From NCBI GenBank assembly GCA_002348365.1, contig DEBC01000089.1, positions 7,794-71,793 of the forward strand: a DNA stretch of 64,000 nucleotides. The letters are read 5' to 3'. The notes below the pieces were generated by a model. That model was not told the DNA's origin. It did no database searches and worked only from the letters and a program-made list of their open reading frames with translations. Shown here piece by piece: positions 50,116 through 60,488 of the stretch. The first letter of the stretch is position 1, and the number at the start of each line of letters is the position of its first letter. The position numbers and the translations under genes were made by a program. The DNA is from Alphaproteobacteria bacterium UBA2966. GTDB taxonomy: Bacteria > Pseudomonadota > Alphaproteobacteria > UBA2966.

Positions 50116-50216
50116 GGACGTGACACCAGATCAGATCGCGGTCGGGTATGAGGCATTGATCTAGCATACCGGCCGGGGCATTTGCTCCCGGCTTCATCTT
50201 GGGCTAACTCACACGC

Positions 50217-50885
50217 ATGGCCCAAGCACGGAAGACTAGGTCCCGGACCACCAAGCGCGAACGTGAGTGGCGAATCGCCGAAGCCGTCAAGGAATTGACG
50301 ACGCGGGATGCTGAACTGGCGCGCGCTCACGAATTCGGCGGGCCCTTTCACGATCGCTCGCGCAAGGCCGGTTTCGAAACACTGGTCCTGCTGGTTGTCG
50401 AACAGCAGCTGTCGCTGGCTTCGGCAGCGGCCATCATGGGACGGGTCCGGGATGCCGTCGTGCCGTTCAAGCCGGAGATATTGCTCGGCATGAGCGATCG
50501 GCGTCTGCGCGGGCTCGGCCTCAGTGGGGCCAAAGTCAGATACTGCCGTGCCCTGGCACAGGCCTTTGTTGACGGGGACCTCAAGCCGGCCCGACTGGCC
50601 CGTCTGGATGATTCCTTGGTGATCGAGGAACTGACCAGGGTCAAAGGGATCGGGCCCTGGACGGCGGAGATTTACCTGTTGTCCGCGCTGGGACGGCTCG
50701 ACATATTACCCGCGGGTGATTTGGCGCTTCAGGTCGCGGCCCAGCATCTTTATGACCTGCCCGACCGGCCCGATGCCAAGGCGCTGCGCGACATGGGTGA
50801 GGCCTGGCGCCCCTACCGCAGTGTTGCCGCACGGATCCTTTGGCAATACTACCGCGCGCTCAAGGGGCGGGAAGTGGCGCCATGA
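50217..50885 (+). CDS. DNA-3-methyladenine glycosylase II (AlkA-like)
   Basis: QQLS, HhH KGIGPWTA, PAGD, WRPYRS. Confidence 0.88.
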   Translation: MAQARKTRSRTTKREREWRIAEAVKELTTRDAELARAHEFGGPFHDRSRKAGFETLVLLVVEQQLSLASAAAIMGRVRDAVVPFKPEILLGMSDRRLRGLGLSGAKVRYCRALAQAFVDGDLKPARLARLDDSLVIEELTRVKGIGPWTAEIYLLSALGRLDILPAGDLALQVAAQHLYDLPDRPDAKALRDMGEAWRPYRSVAARILWQYYRALKGREVAP

Positions 50886-50903
50886 CGTCGAAGGGAGTTT
50901 TCA

Positions 50904-51593
50904 ATGTCCGATAGGGTCAAGGCGGTATCGGTGATGTGGACCGAAATACCGGAAGAAGTCGAACACGATCTGAACGAATGGTACGACCGCGAGCACGTCA
51001 AGAACCGCGTCGACGTCCCAGGCTATGTCTGGGGCAAGCGGTACAAGGCTGTTCAGGGCGGTCCCGCCTACATGGCCGTGTACGCGACCGAATCCCCCCA
51101 CGTGCAGGCAGGGGATGACTTCCTCGAAGTCGTCCAGAATCCCACCCCCGGCGAAACTGAGTTCGCGCCTCACTTCTACAACACCATCCGCATGATGTGC
51201 GATGTCACCGCGAGCGTCGGGGATTCCGAAGGTGGTTTTGCCGGTTTTCTCACTCTCACACCCATGGAAGGTGCGGAAGAGAAGCTACGGGGTTTCGTCG
51301 CTGACACCGCGCTGCCGGCGCTGCTCGAACATCACGGGATCATGGCTGCCCACCTCTGGGAGCGAAATCCCGAGACCACAGCCATGGCATCTCGCGGCTT
51401 CCCCGGCGACAACCTGCCCAAGAGCATGATGGCACCCGACTGGATGCTGGCCTTTGAAGGGACGTCGCTCGAGGGCGTCATCGCCGCCAAGAATGAGCTG
51501 CTGCCCGAGAGCGTGTTGCGGGGACACGGTGCAGAGCCCGACCTGCTCTTTGCGGCAATGCATCTCACCTATCGATACGAACACAGGGACTGA
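50904..51593 (+). CDS. Hypothetical protein (DUF4286/EthD-like)
   Basis: NEWYDREH..RVDVPG motif, typical codon usage. Confidence 0.6.
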   Translation: MSDRVKAVSVMWTEIPEEVEHDLNEWYDREHVKNRVDVPGYVWGKRYKAVQGGPAYMAVYATESPHVQAGDDFLEVVQNPTPGETEFAPHFYNTIRMMCDVTASVGDSEGGFAGFLTLTPMEGAEEKLRGFVADTALPALLEHHGIMAAHLWERNPETTAMASRGFPGDNLPKSMMAPDWMLAFEGTSLEGVIAAKNELLPESVLRGHGAEPDLLFAAMHLTYRYEHRD

Positions 51594-51595
51594 CC

Positions 51596-52342
51596 ATGGC
51601 AACACCGCCCCGGCTTGATGGACCCCGCATGCCGCCCGCATATGGCGGGCCGCCACGGCAGCTTGTGATCCTGTTGCATGGGTACGGAGCAGACGGAAAC
51701 GATCTCATCTCATTGGGCGGATATTGGCAGTCGCGGCTGCCGGGTGCCGCTTTTGTCGCGCCCAACGGACCCGAGCATTCGGAGGTCGTGCCACAGGGGC
51801 GTCAGTGGTTCTCACTGGGCAACTATGATCCCAACAAGCTGCGCCGTGATCCGGCGGGTGCGTCCGCCGAGTATGATCGGCGCGAGGCTGATGTTGAAAA
51901 GGCCGCCCCCGCACTGAATGCATTCATCGATGCCGAGTTGGAGCGCTACGGTCTTGATGAGAGTTCGCTCGCCCTGGTCGGGTTCAGCCAGGGCACGATG
52001 ATGTCCCTGTACGTCAGTCTGCGGCGGGAACGTCAATGCGCCGCGGTCGTTGGTTTCTCGGGCGCCCTGTGTGGCGCGTCCGGCACACCAGCGGCGACAC
52101 GCTCGAGGCCACCGGTATTCCTGTTTCATGGTGACGCGGACGAGGTTGTCCCCATCCACGCCCTATTCCTCGGTGTCGAGGGCTTGGCCGCGGCGGGAGT
52201 CTCCGTGGAGTGGCACATCTGCAATGGCATCGGTCACGGCATCGCGCCGGATGCCTTGGAACTCAGCGGCCGTTTCCTCGCCGAAGCATTCTCGGGTGCG
52301 CGTCAACCTGTCGAGGTCGCCCAGATCGGGGACCGGGCCTAG
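51596..52342 (+). CDS. Phospholipase/carboxylesterase
   Basis: LHGYGADG, GFSQG, HGDADEVVP, GHGI. Confidence 0.88.
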   Translation: MATPPRLDGPRMPPAYGGPPRQLVILLHGYGADGNDLISLGGYWQSRLPGAAFVAPNGPEHSEVVPQGRQWFSLGNYDPNKLRRDPAGASAEYDRREADVEKAAPALNAFIDAELERYGLDESSLALVGFSQGTMMSLYVSLRRERQCAAVVGFSGALCGASGTPAATRSRPPVFLFHGDADEVVPIHALFLGVEGLAAAGVSVEWHICNGIGHGIAPDALELSGRFLAEAFSGARQPVEVAQIGDRA

Positions 52343-52519
52343 CCAGGCAAGTTGGAACCGGGCCGGTTCCCGTCACGCAATCGAAACATGGTGTGTGCCA
52401 GGAATTGACCCCCAGCATGTTGTGTTTTGGGGGATCAGTGCCCAAAATAACCGCCGTAGTTTGGTGGTTCGGAGCTGCAATCCCGGGGAAATCAACTTTC
52501 GAAGCTCACTGACTCGGTC

Positions 52520-53071
52520 ATGACACAGACATTGGAAGGCTCACCAGCGCTCGTCCTGAATGCGGATTACCAGCCGCTCAGCTATTTCCCTCTGTCGCTC
52601 TGGCCCTGGCAGGAGTCTGTCAAGGCTGTCTTCCTCGACCGAGTCAATATCGTCTCCGAATACGAACGCTGGATATCTTCGCCGTCCTTCAAGATGCGGC
52701 TGCCGAGCGTGGTATCGCTCAAGCGTTACGTGAAGCCGGCGCACACGCCCGCCTTCACCCGATTCAATGTTTTTCTGAGGGATTCCTTCACCTGCCAGTA
52801 TTGCGGCAGCAACAATGATCTAACCTTTGATCATTTGATCCCGCGCTCGCAGGGTGGAAAAACGCGTTGGCACAACGTGGTCGCGGCCTGCTCACGGTGC
52901 AATCTCAAGAAGGGCGGCCGCCGGCCGGAACAGGCGGGGATGTATCCCCGCACCATGCCGATAGAGCCCTCGATGTTCAAACTGCAGCAGATCGGGCGGC
53001 GTTTCCCACCAAACCATCTTCACGAGAGCTGGCGGGACTACCTGTACTGGGATACGGAACTCGAACCCTAA
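52520..53071 (+). CDS. HNH endonuclease (McrA-like, conserved alphaproteobacterial type)
   Basis: LVLNADY, CQYCG, DHLIPRS, CSRCN. Confidence 0.88.
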   Translation: MTQTLEGSPALVLNADYQPLSYFPLSLWPWQESVKAVFLDRVNIVSEYERWISSPSFKMRLPSVVSLKRYVKPAHTPAFTRFNVFLRDSFTCQYCGSNNDLTFDHLIPRSQGGKTRWHNVVAACSRCNLKKGGRRPEQAGMYPRTMPIEPSMFKLQQIGRRFPPNHLHESWRDYLYWDTELEP

Positions 53072-53091
53072 AATCCGAGTGTCAGTGGCGA

Positions 53092-54243
53092 CTAACGGAG
53101 AATGTCGCAGAGTTCCTGCGCCAAAATTTCACCAGCAACCCGGTGTCCGTTCTCGTTCCAGTGGCCGCCGGCAAAGCTCTCCCGGCCGTGAAAACGGACG
53201 CTGCCGCCGACGGCGCGGGCGGCCAGCCGTTCGGCCAGCGCAATGACCTCGAAGCCTGAGTTTCGACCAAAGCTGGCGAGGCGCCGATCGGGGTAGAGCA
53301 AGTCATCAACGCCGAGTTCCTGGGCGGCGGTGACTCGCAGGTCGAGGTCCGGCGTCACCTGTATCGGATTGCTCAGCGTGGTCAGGACAAAACGCGCACC
53401 CATTTTCCGCGAACTCTCTGCCGCGCGCGCCATCAGTGCCTCGGTGATGGCCCAGGCATTTTGCCACGCTTCGTCTTCCGGCGCCCGGTACAGCTTGCCA
53501 CTCAAGCCTGCCGTGAGCTGATCGGCGACACTGAGGTCCCGGTACTTGAGACGTGCCTTCATGGCGGAATAGGCCTGACGCATGACCTGAACGGATCTCA
53601 GCGCGTTGAAGGCACCATGCTTGATATCGGTCCACAGGCGCTTCATGCGAAACGAGGCGGTACGCAGATGTTCGTTCTCGAGCCGCAGCGAACCGCTCTC
53701 CAACCGGAAATATGGTCGCCCCGGATGGCCGTCGATCGCCCGGCTGTTGTTGGCAATGTCATTGCCCGTGAAGGCGGCCAGGAGAACCACGTCCGGTGCG
53801 TACTTCTCCACCCGATGTTCCAGCACCAGGACCTGTTGGGCGGTGCCGTAACCGTTGACCGCAAAACTGAGGACTTCAGCTGACATTCCTTCGGGCCGAA
53901 GGCACGCACTGAGGCCGTTTTCCATCACCTTCCAGAATGTCGCCTTCAGCGCCACCTCCCGGCCTTCTGCAAACGAATCGCCGAGCACTGCAACCCTGAG
54001 GACGTGCCCGGCCTTGTCCCGTGCGTGGTCTATGTCGCGAAATCCCTCGGAATTTATCGAAATATGGGTGCGGCTCTCGATGGCATAGATCCCCTCGATG
54101 CCGGGTCGCGGCGACCAGCCCAATAGCGGGTCGAGGCGATTGAACTCAGGGTACGCGATGCCTCCGATGCGCAGGCCGATCTCCGCGGCCAGGAGTGACA
54201 GCATCAGGCTGACGACGAGGAGGAGGACGTTGTTAAGCTTCAA
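53092..54243 (-). CDS. SGNH/GDSL hydrolase family protein
   Basis: N-terminal TM, LGDSF, GNDI, GHWNENGH. Confidence 0.8.
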   Translation of the reverse strand: MKLNNVLLLVVSLMLSLLAAEIGLRIGGIAYPEFNRLDPLLGWSPRPGIEGIYAIESRTHISINSEGFRDIDHARDKAGHVLRVAVLGDSFAEGREVALKATFWKVMENGLSACLRPEGMSAEVLSFAVNGYGTAQQVLVLEHRVEKYAPDVVLLAAFTGNDIANNSRAIDGHPGRPYFRLESGSLRLENEHLRTASFRMKRLWTDIKHGAFNALRSVQVMRQAYSAMKARLKYRDLSVADQLTAGLSGKLYRAPEDEAWQNAWAITEALMARAAESSRKMGARFVLTTLSNPIQVTPDLDLRVTAAQELGVDDLLYPDRRLASFGRNSGFEVIALAERLAARAVGGSVRFHGRESFAGGHWNENGHRVAGEILAQELCDILR

Positions 54244-54287
54244 GGGAGGTGGCGAATGAATTATGCCGTCGCGGGGAGGCCGGCTCG

Positions 54288-54905
54288 CTAGAGCCGTTCG
54301 GACAGCCAGATTGCAAGGCGTGATCCGGCCTTGATTGCCGAGGTCAGGGCCTCATACCCGGGTGCGTCACGAGCGCCGCTATCGAGGGCCTCGTCGCGGT
54401 GTGCGATCTCGTCCGCCCGGAACCGGTCGATCGTGTCTCGCAGTGATGCCTCGTCGTCGCCAAGCTGTCGGGATTGATGATCATAGTGTTCGTCGATGAC
54501 TTCTTCGATAGCGACCGTACAGGCGTGGGCGGCTTTCTCGCCCATCAGCGCCGTTCCCGCACCAAGGGCGAATCCCGCCACATGCCACAGGGGTGTCAGG
54601 GCGGTAGGCCGCACGCGCCGGTCCACAACCAGCTTATTGAACGTTTCGAGGTGCTCGCGTTCCTGTTCCGCCATGCGGCGCAATGCGGTCCCGGCAGGGC
54701 CTTTACCAAGGACAGCGAGTTGACCTTCGTAAATGCGGACGGCACCGAACTCACCGGCGTGATCAACGCGGATCATGCGCTCAACCAGATCTTCCGGTGG
54801 CAGGTCGCCGGGAAGGCGGTCTTCGCCCGTTTGCCGGGGGTGCTGGCGCTTCGATGGTGAGGCGTTCAACCGGTCCTCGCTGTCGAGCTTTTCCGTTCGG
54901 GTCAC
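54288..54905 (-). CDS. coq7: Demethoxyubiquinone hydroxylase (Coq7)
   Basis: RVDHAGE, EREH, EEVIDEHY, DEIAH; GTG start overlapping the upstream stop assumed. Confidence 0.88.
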   Translation of the reverse strand: MTRTEKLDSEDRLNASPSKRQHPRQTGEDRLPGDLPPEDLVERMIRVDHAGEFGAVRIYEGQLAVLGKGPAGTALRRMAEQEREHLETFNKLVVDRRVRPTALTPLWHVAGFALGAGTALMGEKAAHACTVAIEEVIDEHYDHQSRQLGDDEASLRDTIDRFRADEIAHRDEALDSGARDAPGYEALTSAIKAGSRLAIWLSERL

Positions 54906-55408
54906 GAAGGTTCCTGCTGCAAATTCTTTCGGGCTGCCATCACCGCGAATCCGGTGAGGGCGAGCGATGCCAGCAGATTGTACCCCGCCATGGAAATACC
55001 GAACAGCGACCATGCCACCTCATCGCACCGGGCGGCCGGTGCTGACATGATCTGGGAGCGCAATTCATCCACGGACTGGGCCGTGCCTGCAGCAGCACCG
55101 GTGCATTCCGCCGTACCGGCCCACCAGGCCTGTTCGACCCCGACGTGATAAGTGGCGATGCCCGCGCCGACCAGGAACGCCACCGCCGCCAGGCCGTGGA
55201 CAATCCCAACCGTCCTTGATTTGGTGGACAGCACCAGGCCGATGACCGCGAGCGCGATCGTCGCGGCATAGGGGATTCGTTGATAGAGGCAGAGGACGCA
55301 TGGATCGAGGCCGCTGACGTATTGTGACAACAGCGCCGTTCCCAGAATTGCCGCGCTGGCAATCAGGAGTACCAGTGTGCTTGTGCGGGCGCTCAACAGG
55401 TCTGACAT
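54902..55408 (-). CDS. DsbB family disulfide bond formation protein
   Basis: PCVLCLYQR, YHVGVE, CDE, SMAGYN. Confidence 0.88.
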   Translation of the reverse strand: MSDLLSARTSTLVLLIASAAILGTALLSQYVSGLDPCVLCLYQRIPYAATIALAVIGLVLSTKSRTVGIVHGLAAVAFLVGAGIATYHVGVEQAWWAGTAECTGAAAGTAQSVDELRSQIMSAPAARCDEVAWSLFGISMAGYNLLASLALTGFAVMAARKNLQQEPS

Positions 55409-55451
55409 CTGCGTCGACTAGGATTCGGCGTGATACTCAGCCATATGGGCC

Positions 55452-56033
55452 TCAGAAGGCATAGCGCAAGACCACGAATCCTGCGAATAGTGTGATCACG
55501 AACACCGTTGCCACGATCTTGAGGTTGTCCTCGACGAAGGTTCGGATGGGCGGACCGAAACGCCACAGCAGGAAGGCCACGGCATAAAACCGAAGACCGC
55601 GTGAGATCAACGACCCCGCGATGAAGGGCAACAGGCCGAGCCCCGTGACGCCGCTGGCTATCGTGAAAACCTTGTAGGGCAGAGGCGTGAGTCCCGCGGC
55701 GAACACAATCAAAAGGCCCCATTCGTTGTACTGGGCCTGGAAGTCGGCGAAACGATCCGCGTAGCCGTAGAAGTTGAGCAGAGGCCGACCGATGGTCTCG
55801 TAGAGGAAAAATCCTATGGCGTAGCCTGCGATACCGCCCAGGACGGAAGAGATCGTGCAGACGGCCGCGATCAAAAACGCCCGAGCCCGCGCTGCCAGGA
55901 CCATCGGAATGAGCATGACATCGGGCGGGATGGGAAAGAACGAGCTTTCCGTGAACGACACCAGGGCGAGCGCCGGTACCGCACGTCGATGCGCAGCGAG
56001 CGATAGTGTCCAGTCATAGAGGCGTTGCAGCAC
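55452..56033 (-). CDS. YqaA/DedA (VTT domain) membrane protein
   Basis: ESSFFPIPPD, TPLPYKVFTI. Confidence 0.88.
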   Translation of the reverse strand: MLQRLYDWTLSLAAHRRAVPALALVSFTESSFFPIPPDVMLIPMVLAARARAFLIAAVCTISSVLGGIAGYAIGFFLYETIGRPLLNFYGYADRFADFQAQYNEWGLLIVFAAGLTPLPYKVFTIASGVTGLGLLPFIAGSLISRGLRFYAVAFLLWRFGPPIRTFVEDNLKIVATVFVITLFAGFVVLRYAF

Positions 56034-56168
56034 GTCAGGAGGTCCATTTCGGGCGGTGGGATGGCCGTCGCTATATCAGGCGCAGGCGCCAAGAGCAACG
56101 CAAGCGGCCAGCTCGCCAATTCTTATGCGATTCAGGGGCGGTGTCGTCTGTTTGGATGGATCACCTTA

Positions 56169-56196
56169 TTGACCGGCGACCACCCTCGACTATGAT
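56169..56196 (+). promoter_or_regulatory. Sigma70 promoter of tRNA-Leu
   Basis: TTGACC-16 nt-TATGAT ending 10 nt before the tRNA. Confidence 0.6.
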
Positions 56197-56205
56197 CCGC
56201 CCCGT

Positions 56206-56292
56206 GCCCCTGTGGCGAAATTGGTAGACGCGACAGACTCAAAATCTGTTCTCCGCAAGGGGGTGCTGGTTCGAGTCCGGCCGGGGGCACCA
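56206..56292 (+). tRNA. tRNA-Leu(CAA)
   Basis: Acceptor GCCCCTG/CGGGGGC, anticodon arm ACAGA-CTCAAAA-TCTGT, long variable arm, GGTTCGAGTCC, encoded CCA. Confidence 0.95.
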
Positions 56293-56319
56293 TCCGCCTT
56301 CGCTGAAGCTGCGGCGGAT
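56292..56319. repeat. Hairpin ATCCGCC-TTCGCTGAAGCTGC-GGCGGAT after the tRNA (terminator or REP-like)
   Basis: 7-bp perfect outer stem. Confidence 0.5.
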
Positions 56320-56508
56320 TATCTTCCTATCCCGTGAAGAGAGCTCTTGGGCATGTCCTCCATGGATGGCTTTAGCGACGGAGGGCCGGGAACATCCGCC
56401 ATCCCGGGGATCTTGGGGTACAGGGCAGTTGCCTGCCCAGGTTACCTGTAAGGCAGCGCGTCAGGTAATCACCCACGAGATCACTGAAATCTCGTCTGGG
56501 CGACGACT

Positions 56509-57303
56509 TCAGGTGTTGAGAAAGGCCATGATTGCGGCGGCAAGTTCGTTGCCTCGTGTTTCCGGAATCATATGTCCACCCCCCTCAAGTTCGATGAAGC
56601 GGGATTCAGGTATGCGTTCGGCTATGTTGCGGCCATGCCAAGCCGGCATGAGCTGGTCATCCCGAGCCGATACAACCAGTGTGGGACAGGAGACAGCAGG
56701 GGTCAGTGGACGCGTGTCATACGACAGGATGGCGTTGAGCCTGTGTGAGATCTGTTCGGCGTCCTGCGGTGCGCGTTCAGCTTTTGCCGCCATGCGCTCG
56801 AAGCCCGCTTCGTGTTCTCGACGATAGGCTGGCGGAAACAGTAAACCCACGTTGAAACAGGCATAGTGATAAGGATCGAGCCCTTCCGCTGCCGCGATAC
56901 GCAACCTTTGTGTGATCGTCAACTGGCGGTCTGCGTATTCCCAGGGTGATACCAGGGTCAGGCCATCGACACGTTCCGGGGCGACCGACACCACTGCCAG
57001 CCCAATTCCGCATCCGGTGGAATGGCAGCACAGGTGCGCGTGTTCGATATCCAGAGCATCCAGCAGGCCAACCACTTCGGTTGCACGCGCCTCCATCGTC
57101 ATCGCGCCTGTCGTTGGCAACGGCGCGCTGCGCCCCGTCCCGTACTGGTCGTATCTGTAGACAGTGAATGCTTCGGAGAGCTTACCGACAAACGGCTCGA
57201 TTCCGACAGGCCCGCTGCTTTGAGGGAGCAGCATGACCAACGGGCTTCCACCCCCCTTGCGAGTGTAATGGATTTCACCACCTTCAGCTTGCACCATTGG
57301 CAT
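56509..57303 (-). CDS. Alpha/beta hydrolase (RutD-like)
   Basis: YDQYGTGRS, CHSTG nucleophile elbow, ARDD, GGHM. Confidence 0.8.
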   Translation of the reverse strand: MPMVQAEGGEIHYTRKGGGSPLVMLLPQSSGPVGIEPFVGKLSEAFTVYRYDQYGTGRSAPLPTTGAMTMEARATEVVGLLDALDIEHAHLCCHSTGCGIGLAVVSVAPERVDGLTLVSPWEYADRQLTITQRLRIAAAEGLDPYHYACFNVGLLFPPAYRREHEAGFERMAAKAERAPQDAEQISHRLNAILSYDTRPLTPAVSCPTLVVSARDDQLMPAWHGRNIAERIPESRFIELEGGGHMIPETRGNELAAAIMAFLNT

Positions 57304-57422
57304 TCAACAGGCCTCCGAACAACCACCCATTCAAGTGGGGAATAATTTCTGCGTGTATACTCGGAAATTCGATCGGCCGCACGTTAGCTCGACCAGAGGA
57401 TTTTGGTCGGATAAATAGAGAT

Positions 57423-59042
57423 ATGTCAGAAACTGAAGTGTTTGGCGAAAAATCCTCCGACACATTCGATGTGGTGATCGTGGGCGCGGGATTTGCCGGG
57501 CTCTACATGCTCTATCGGATGCGCGAGCTCGGGTTCTCCTCACGCGTCTTCGAGGCCGGCTCCGGTGTCGGAGGCACGTGGTACTGGAACCGCTATCCGG
57601 GCGCGCGCTGCGACGTCAACAGCATGGAGTATTCCTATCAGTTCAGCGATGATCTTCAGCAGGAATGGGAATGGACCGAGCGTTTCCCGACCCAGCCGGA
57701 AATCCTGCGCTATGCGGACCATGTCGCCGACAGGTTCGACCTCCGCCGGGATATCCAGTTCAACACGCGTGTGACAGCGGCGTCATTCAACGATGAGGCC
57801 GGCGTATGGATCATCACCACCGATGATGGCGCCGAGGTCTCCTCGAAATTCTGCATCACGGCGATGGGCTGTCTGTCCGAGCCCAATTTTCCGAAATTCC
57901 GGAATATCGATGCATTCGATGGACCGATCTACCACACTGGCAGATGGCCGCACGAGGAAGTCGATTTCACCGGCCAGCGGGTCGCCGTCATCGGCACCGG
58001 TTCCTCTGGCATCCAGGCCATACCGGTCATCGCCGAGCAGGCCGAACATCTGTACGTATTCCAACGAACTGCGAGCTACAGCATCCCGGCACGCAACGCA
58101 CCGCTGGATCCGGAGTTTGTGCGGGAGACCAAGGCCAATTACGCAGAGGTGCGGAAGCGGGTCCGGCAAACCGTTCAGGGAATGTTGACCCGGTTCAACC
58201 CGGCATCCGCCTTGGAGGTGACGCCGGAAGAACGACAGCGCGAGTATGAATCCCGCTGGGTACTGGGCGGATTCGGTTTCATGGCCGCCTTTGCGGACCT
58301 GCTTTCCGACGAGAGAGCCAATGATACCGCCGCGGAATTCGTGCGCGGAAAAATCCGCGAAACGGTGAAGGATCCGGATGTCGCCGAGGCGCTCCTGCCG
58401 CGAAATATCATCGGCGCCAAACGGCTGTGCATAGATACCGACTACTACGCCACGTTCAACCGTCCAAATGTCACCTTGGTCGACGTCAACGATTCGCCGA
58501 TCGAACGCATGACGCGCGACGGAATTGTGACGAAAGGTGAAGAATACAGGGTCGATTCAATCGTGTTCGCGACCGGATTCGATGCCATTACGGGCGCTCT
58601 TCTCAAAGTCGACATCCGCGGCAGGGGTGGGGTCAAACTGCGCGACAAGTGGATCAAGGGACCTCGCGCTTACCTCGGCCTGGCCACGACAGACTTCCCC
58701 AACCTCTTCATGATTACGGGCCCGGGAAGCCCCTCGGTCCTGAGCAACGTGATCGTGTCCATCGAGCAGCACGTCGACTGGATCGGCGAGTGCCTCCAGT
58801 ACATGCGCAATCACGGCGCGACGCGGATTGAACCGCGCCAGACGGCCGAAGACGACTGGATCACTCACGTCAATGAAGTGGCTGACGCGTCGCTGCGATC
58901 GAAGGTCGGTTCGTGGTACGACGGTGCCAATATCCCGGGCAAGGCGCGCATATTCATGCCCTACATCGGTGGTCTGCCGGAGTACGCAGAAAAGTGTGCA
59001 GACATCGCGGCCCATGGATACGAGGGTTTCGTGCTTAGTTAG
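57423..59042 (+). CDS. Type I Baeyer-Villiger monooxygenase
   Basis: GAGFAG, GGTWYWNRYPGARCD, fingerprint FDGPIYHTGRWP, GTGSSG, ATGFD. Confidence 0.92.
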   Translation: MSETEVFGEKSSDTFDVVIVGAGFAGLYMLYRMRELGFSSRVFEAGSGVGGTWYWNRYPGARCDVNSMEYSYQFSDDLQQEWEWTERFPTQPEILRYADHVADRFDLRRDIQFNTRVTAASFNDEAGVWIITTDDGAEVSSKFCITAMGCLSEPNFPKFRNIDAFDGPIYHTGRWPHEEVDFTGQRVAVIGTGSSGIQAIPVIAEQAEHLYVFQRTASYSIPARNAPLDPEFVRETKANYAEVRKRVRQTVQGMLTRFNPASALEVTPEERQREYESRWVLGGFGFMAAFADLLSDERANDTAAEFVRGKIRETVKDPDVAEALLPRNIIGAKRLCIDTDYYATFNRPNVTLVDVNDSPIERMTRDGIVTKGEEYRVDSIVFATGFDAITGALLKVDIRGRGGVKLRDKWIKGPRAYLGLATTDFPNLFMITGPGSPSVLSNVIVSIEQHVDWIGECLQYMRNHGATRIEPRQTAEDDWITHVNEVADASLRSKVGSWYDGANIPGKARIFMPYIGGLPEYAEKCADIAAHGYEGFVLS

Positions 59043-59298
59043 CCTTAGAGACCCGACGGACCATCCGGAAGGAACAGCGTACCCCAGCGCACGGCGGCCG
59101 GTGGGCGCATTTCCGGACCCGACAAAATCTCCTCGAGACATCATCTCCACTGCCATCAAGGAGTGGTGGCTGTGGGAAGCAGATGCGAATTATGATCTGC
59201 GGGCTCATCGAAGCCGACCTGCCACAACTTACCGGCGCCCAAACGTACATTGGGTCAGGCCCGCTCACTCGGAGCGCTAGAGACCCGCGCACTACATT

Positions 59299-59415
59299 TT
59301 CTCCAACCCCCTTGCAGGGGGGAGCGTAGAGGGAGGTGTGTCCGTTGCGTTTATCGCAACTAAGACCGCTGTTCGCCCCTCCCCTACATCCCTCTCCGAT
59401 CTCGGGGAGGGAGGA
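59299..59415. repeat. Degenerate CCCTCTCC/GGGAGGG palindromic intergenic repeat pair
   Basis: CCCCTTGCAGGGGGAG..GAGGGAGG and CCCCTCCCC..CCCTCTCCGATCTCGGGGAGGG in inverted arrangement between convergent genes. Confidence 0.5.
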
Positions 59416-59441
59416 CTCAGTTGGGGGCGATTTGCGTCTCT

Positions 59442-60197
59442 CTAGTGCGCGAAGCGCTTCATGCCGCCATCCACGTACATGACGGAGCCTGAGATCATGC
59501 GGGCCTTGGGCGAGGCCACGAAGGCCACGAGATTGGCAACATCTTCCGGGTCTCCAAATTCCCCGGCCGGGATATGCTGCGCGGCGAAGGCGAGCTCGTC
59601 CTCCACTGTCGGGTAGCCGCGCTCGTTCTGCTCCGAATGGATACGGCCCGGTATGATGCAGTTCGACGTCACCCCGTCCTTGGAGTGCTCGCGCGAAAGC
59701 CCTTTGGACCAGGCCTGGATGGCCGCGTTGGCACACGTCGCGGCGTTGATGCCGAAAGGCTCCATGGTTCCCGTGATGTTGATGACCCGTCCGTATCCGC
59801 GCTCGATCATGCCGGGAACAAACAATTCCGACATGCGCAGTGCCGCCCACCATTTCAGGTTCATGATGTCGATCCAGACCTGCTCGTCGGTGCCGACCGG
59901 AGCCAGGACCATGGCGCCGGCATTGTTCACCAGGATGTCGAGACGGCCATGCGCATCGTCGACCACCTTCTTGAGAGTCGCACCCGCGTCATCGGCCGTG
60001 AGGTCCTGTGTGACGACCAGCGGGCGATCATGACCGGCCGCTTCGACCTCGTCGGCGAGACCATTGAGCAGATCGTCGCGCCGGGCGGTGATGATCAGTT
60101 TGCACCCCTCATCCGCGAGCACCTTCACGATCCCCGTACCGATGCCGACACTGGCCCCGGTGACAAGAGCAACCATGTCTTTGATCTGCAGATCCAT
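59442..60197 (-). CDS. SDR family oxidoreductase (atypical active site)
   Basis: TGASVGIG, NNAG, VDGG; no YxxxK. Confidence 0.85.
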   Translation of the reverse strand: MDLQIKDMVALVTGASVGIGTGIVKVLADEGCKLIITARRDDLLNGLADEVEAAGHDRPLVVTQDLTADDAGATLKKVVDDAHGRLDILVNNAGAMVLAPVGTDEQVWIDIMNLKWWAALRMSELFVPGMIERGYGRVINITGTMEPFGINAATCANAAIQAWSKGLSREHSKDGVTSNCIIPGRIHSEQNERGYPTVEDELAFAAQHIPAGEFGDPEDVANLVAFVASPKARMISGSVMYVDGGMKRFAH

Positions 60198-60245
60198 CCG
60201 TAATCTTCCTGTGTCTTACGCCGTGACGCACTCCGTTTGCGTGAC

Positions 60246-60266
60246 GCTCCATTTGTCGCCGGTTCC
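60246..60266 (+). repeat. 21-bp direct repeat, left copy (GCTCCATTTGTCGCCGGTTCC)
   Basis: Identical to 63569-63589. Confidence 0.9.
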
Positions 60267-60488
60267 ACCAGGCTGGACTTGCGTCCGCTTAAGTAGAGTA
60301 CGGCATACACTCTGTTCAAGTGTGACCGCCTAGGCTCCGAGAGCAGAACGGTTCACGGACCGCTACCCAGGACAGCTGTTGACCCAAGGTAGACATTTCC
60401 AGGGGTCACTGTCACTAGGCCAGAGCCGTCGCGAATTGCCGGCACTTTCTCGTGTGCCTATATTTCGTGCCTGCGAGGAGGACATCGG

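Noticed and set aside
52520..53071. HNH nuclease as part of a defence or CRISPR system
   Set aside because: No array, methylase or cas genes are nearby; it resembles a conserved stand-alone HNH.
59046..59287. 10-bp direct repeat TAGAGACCCG flanking 222 bp
   Set aside because: A 10-mer at this spacing is expected by chance in 64 kb, and the enclosed sequence is unrecognisable.
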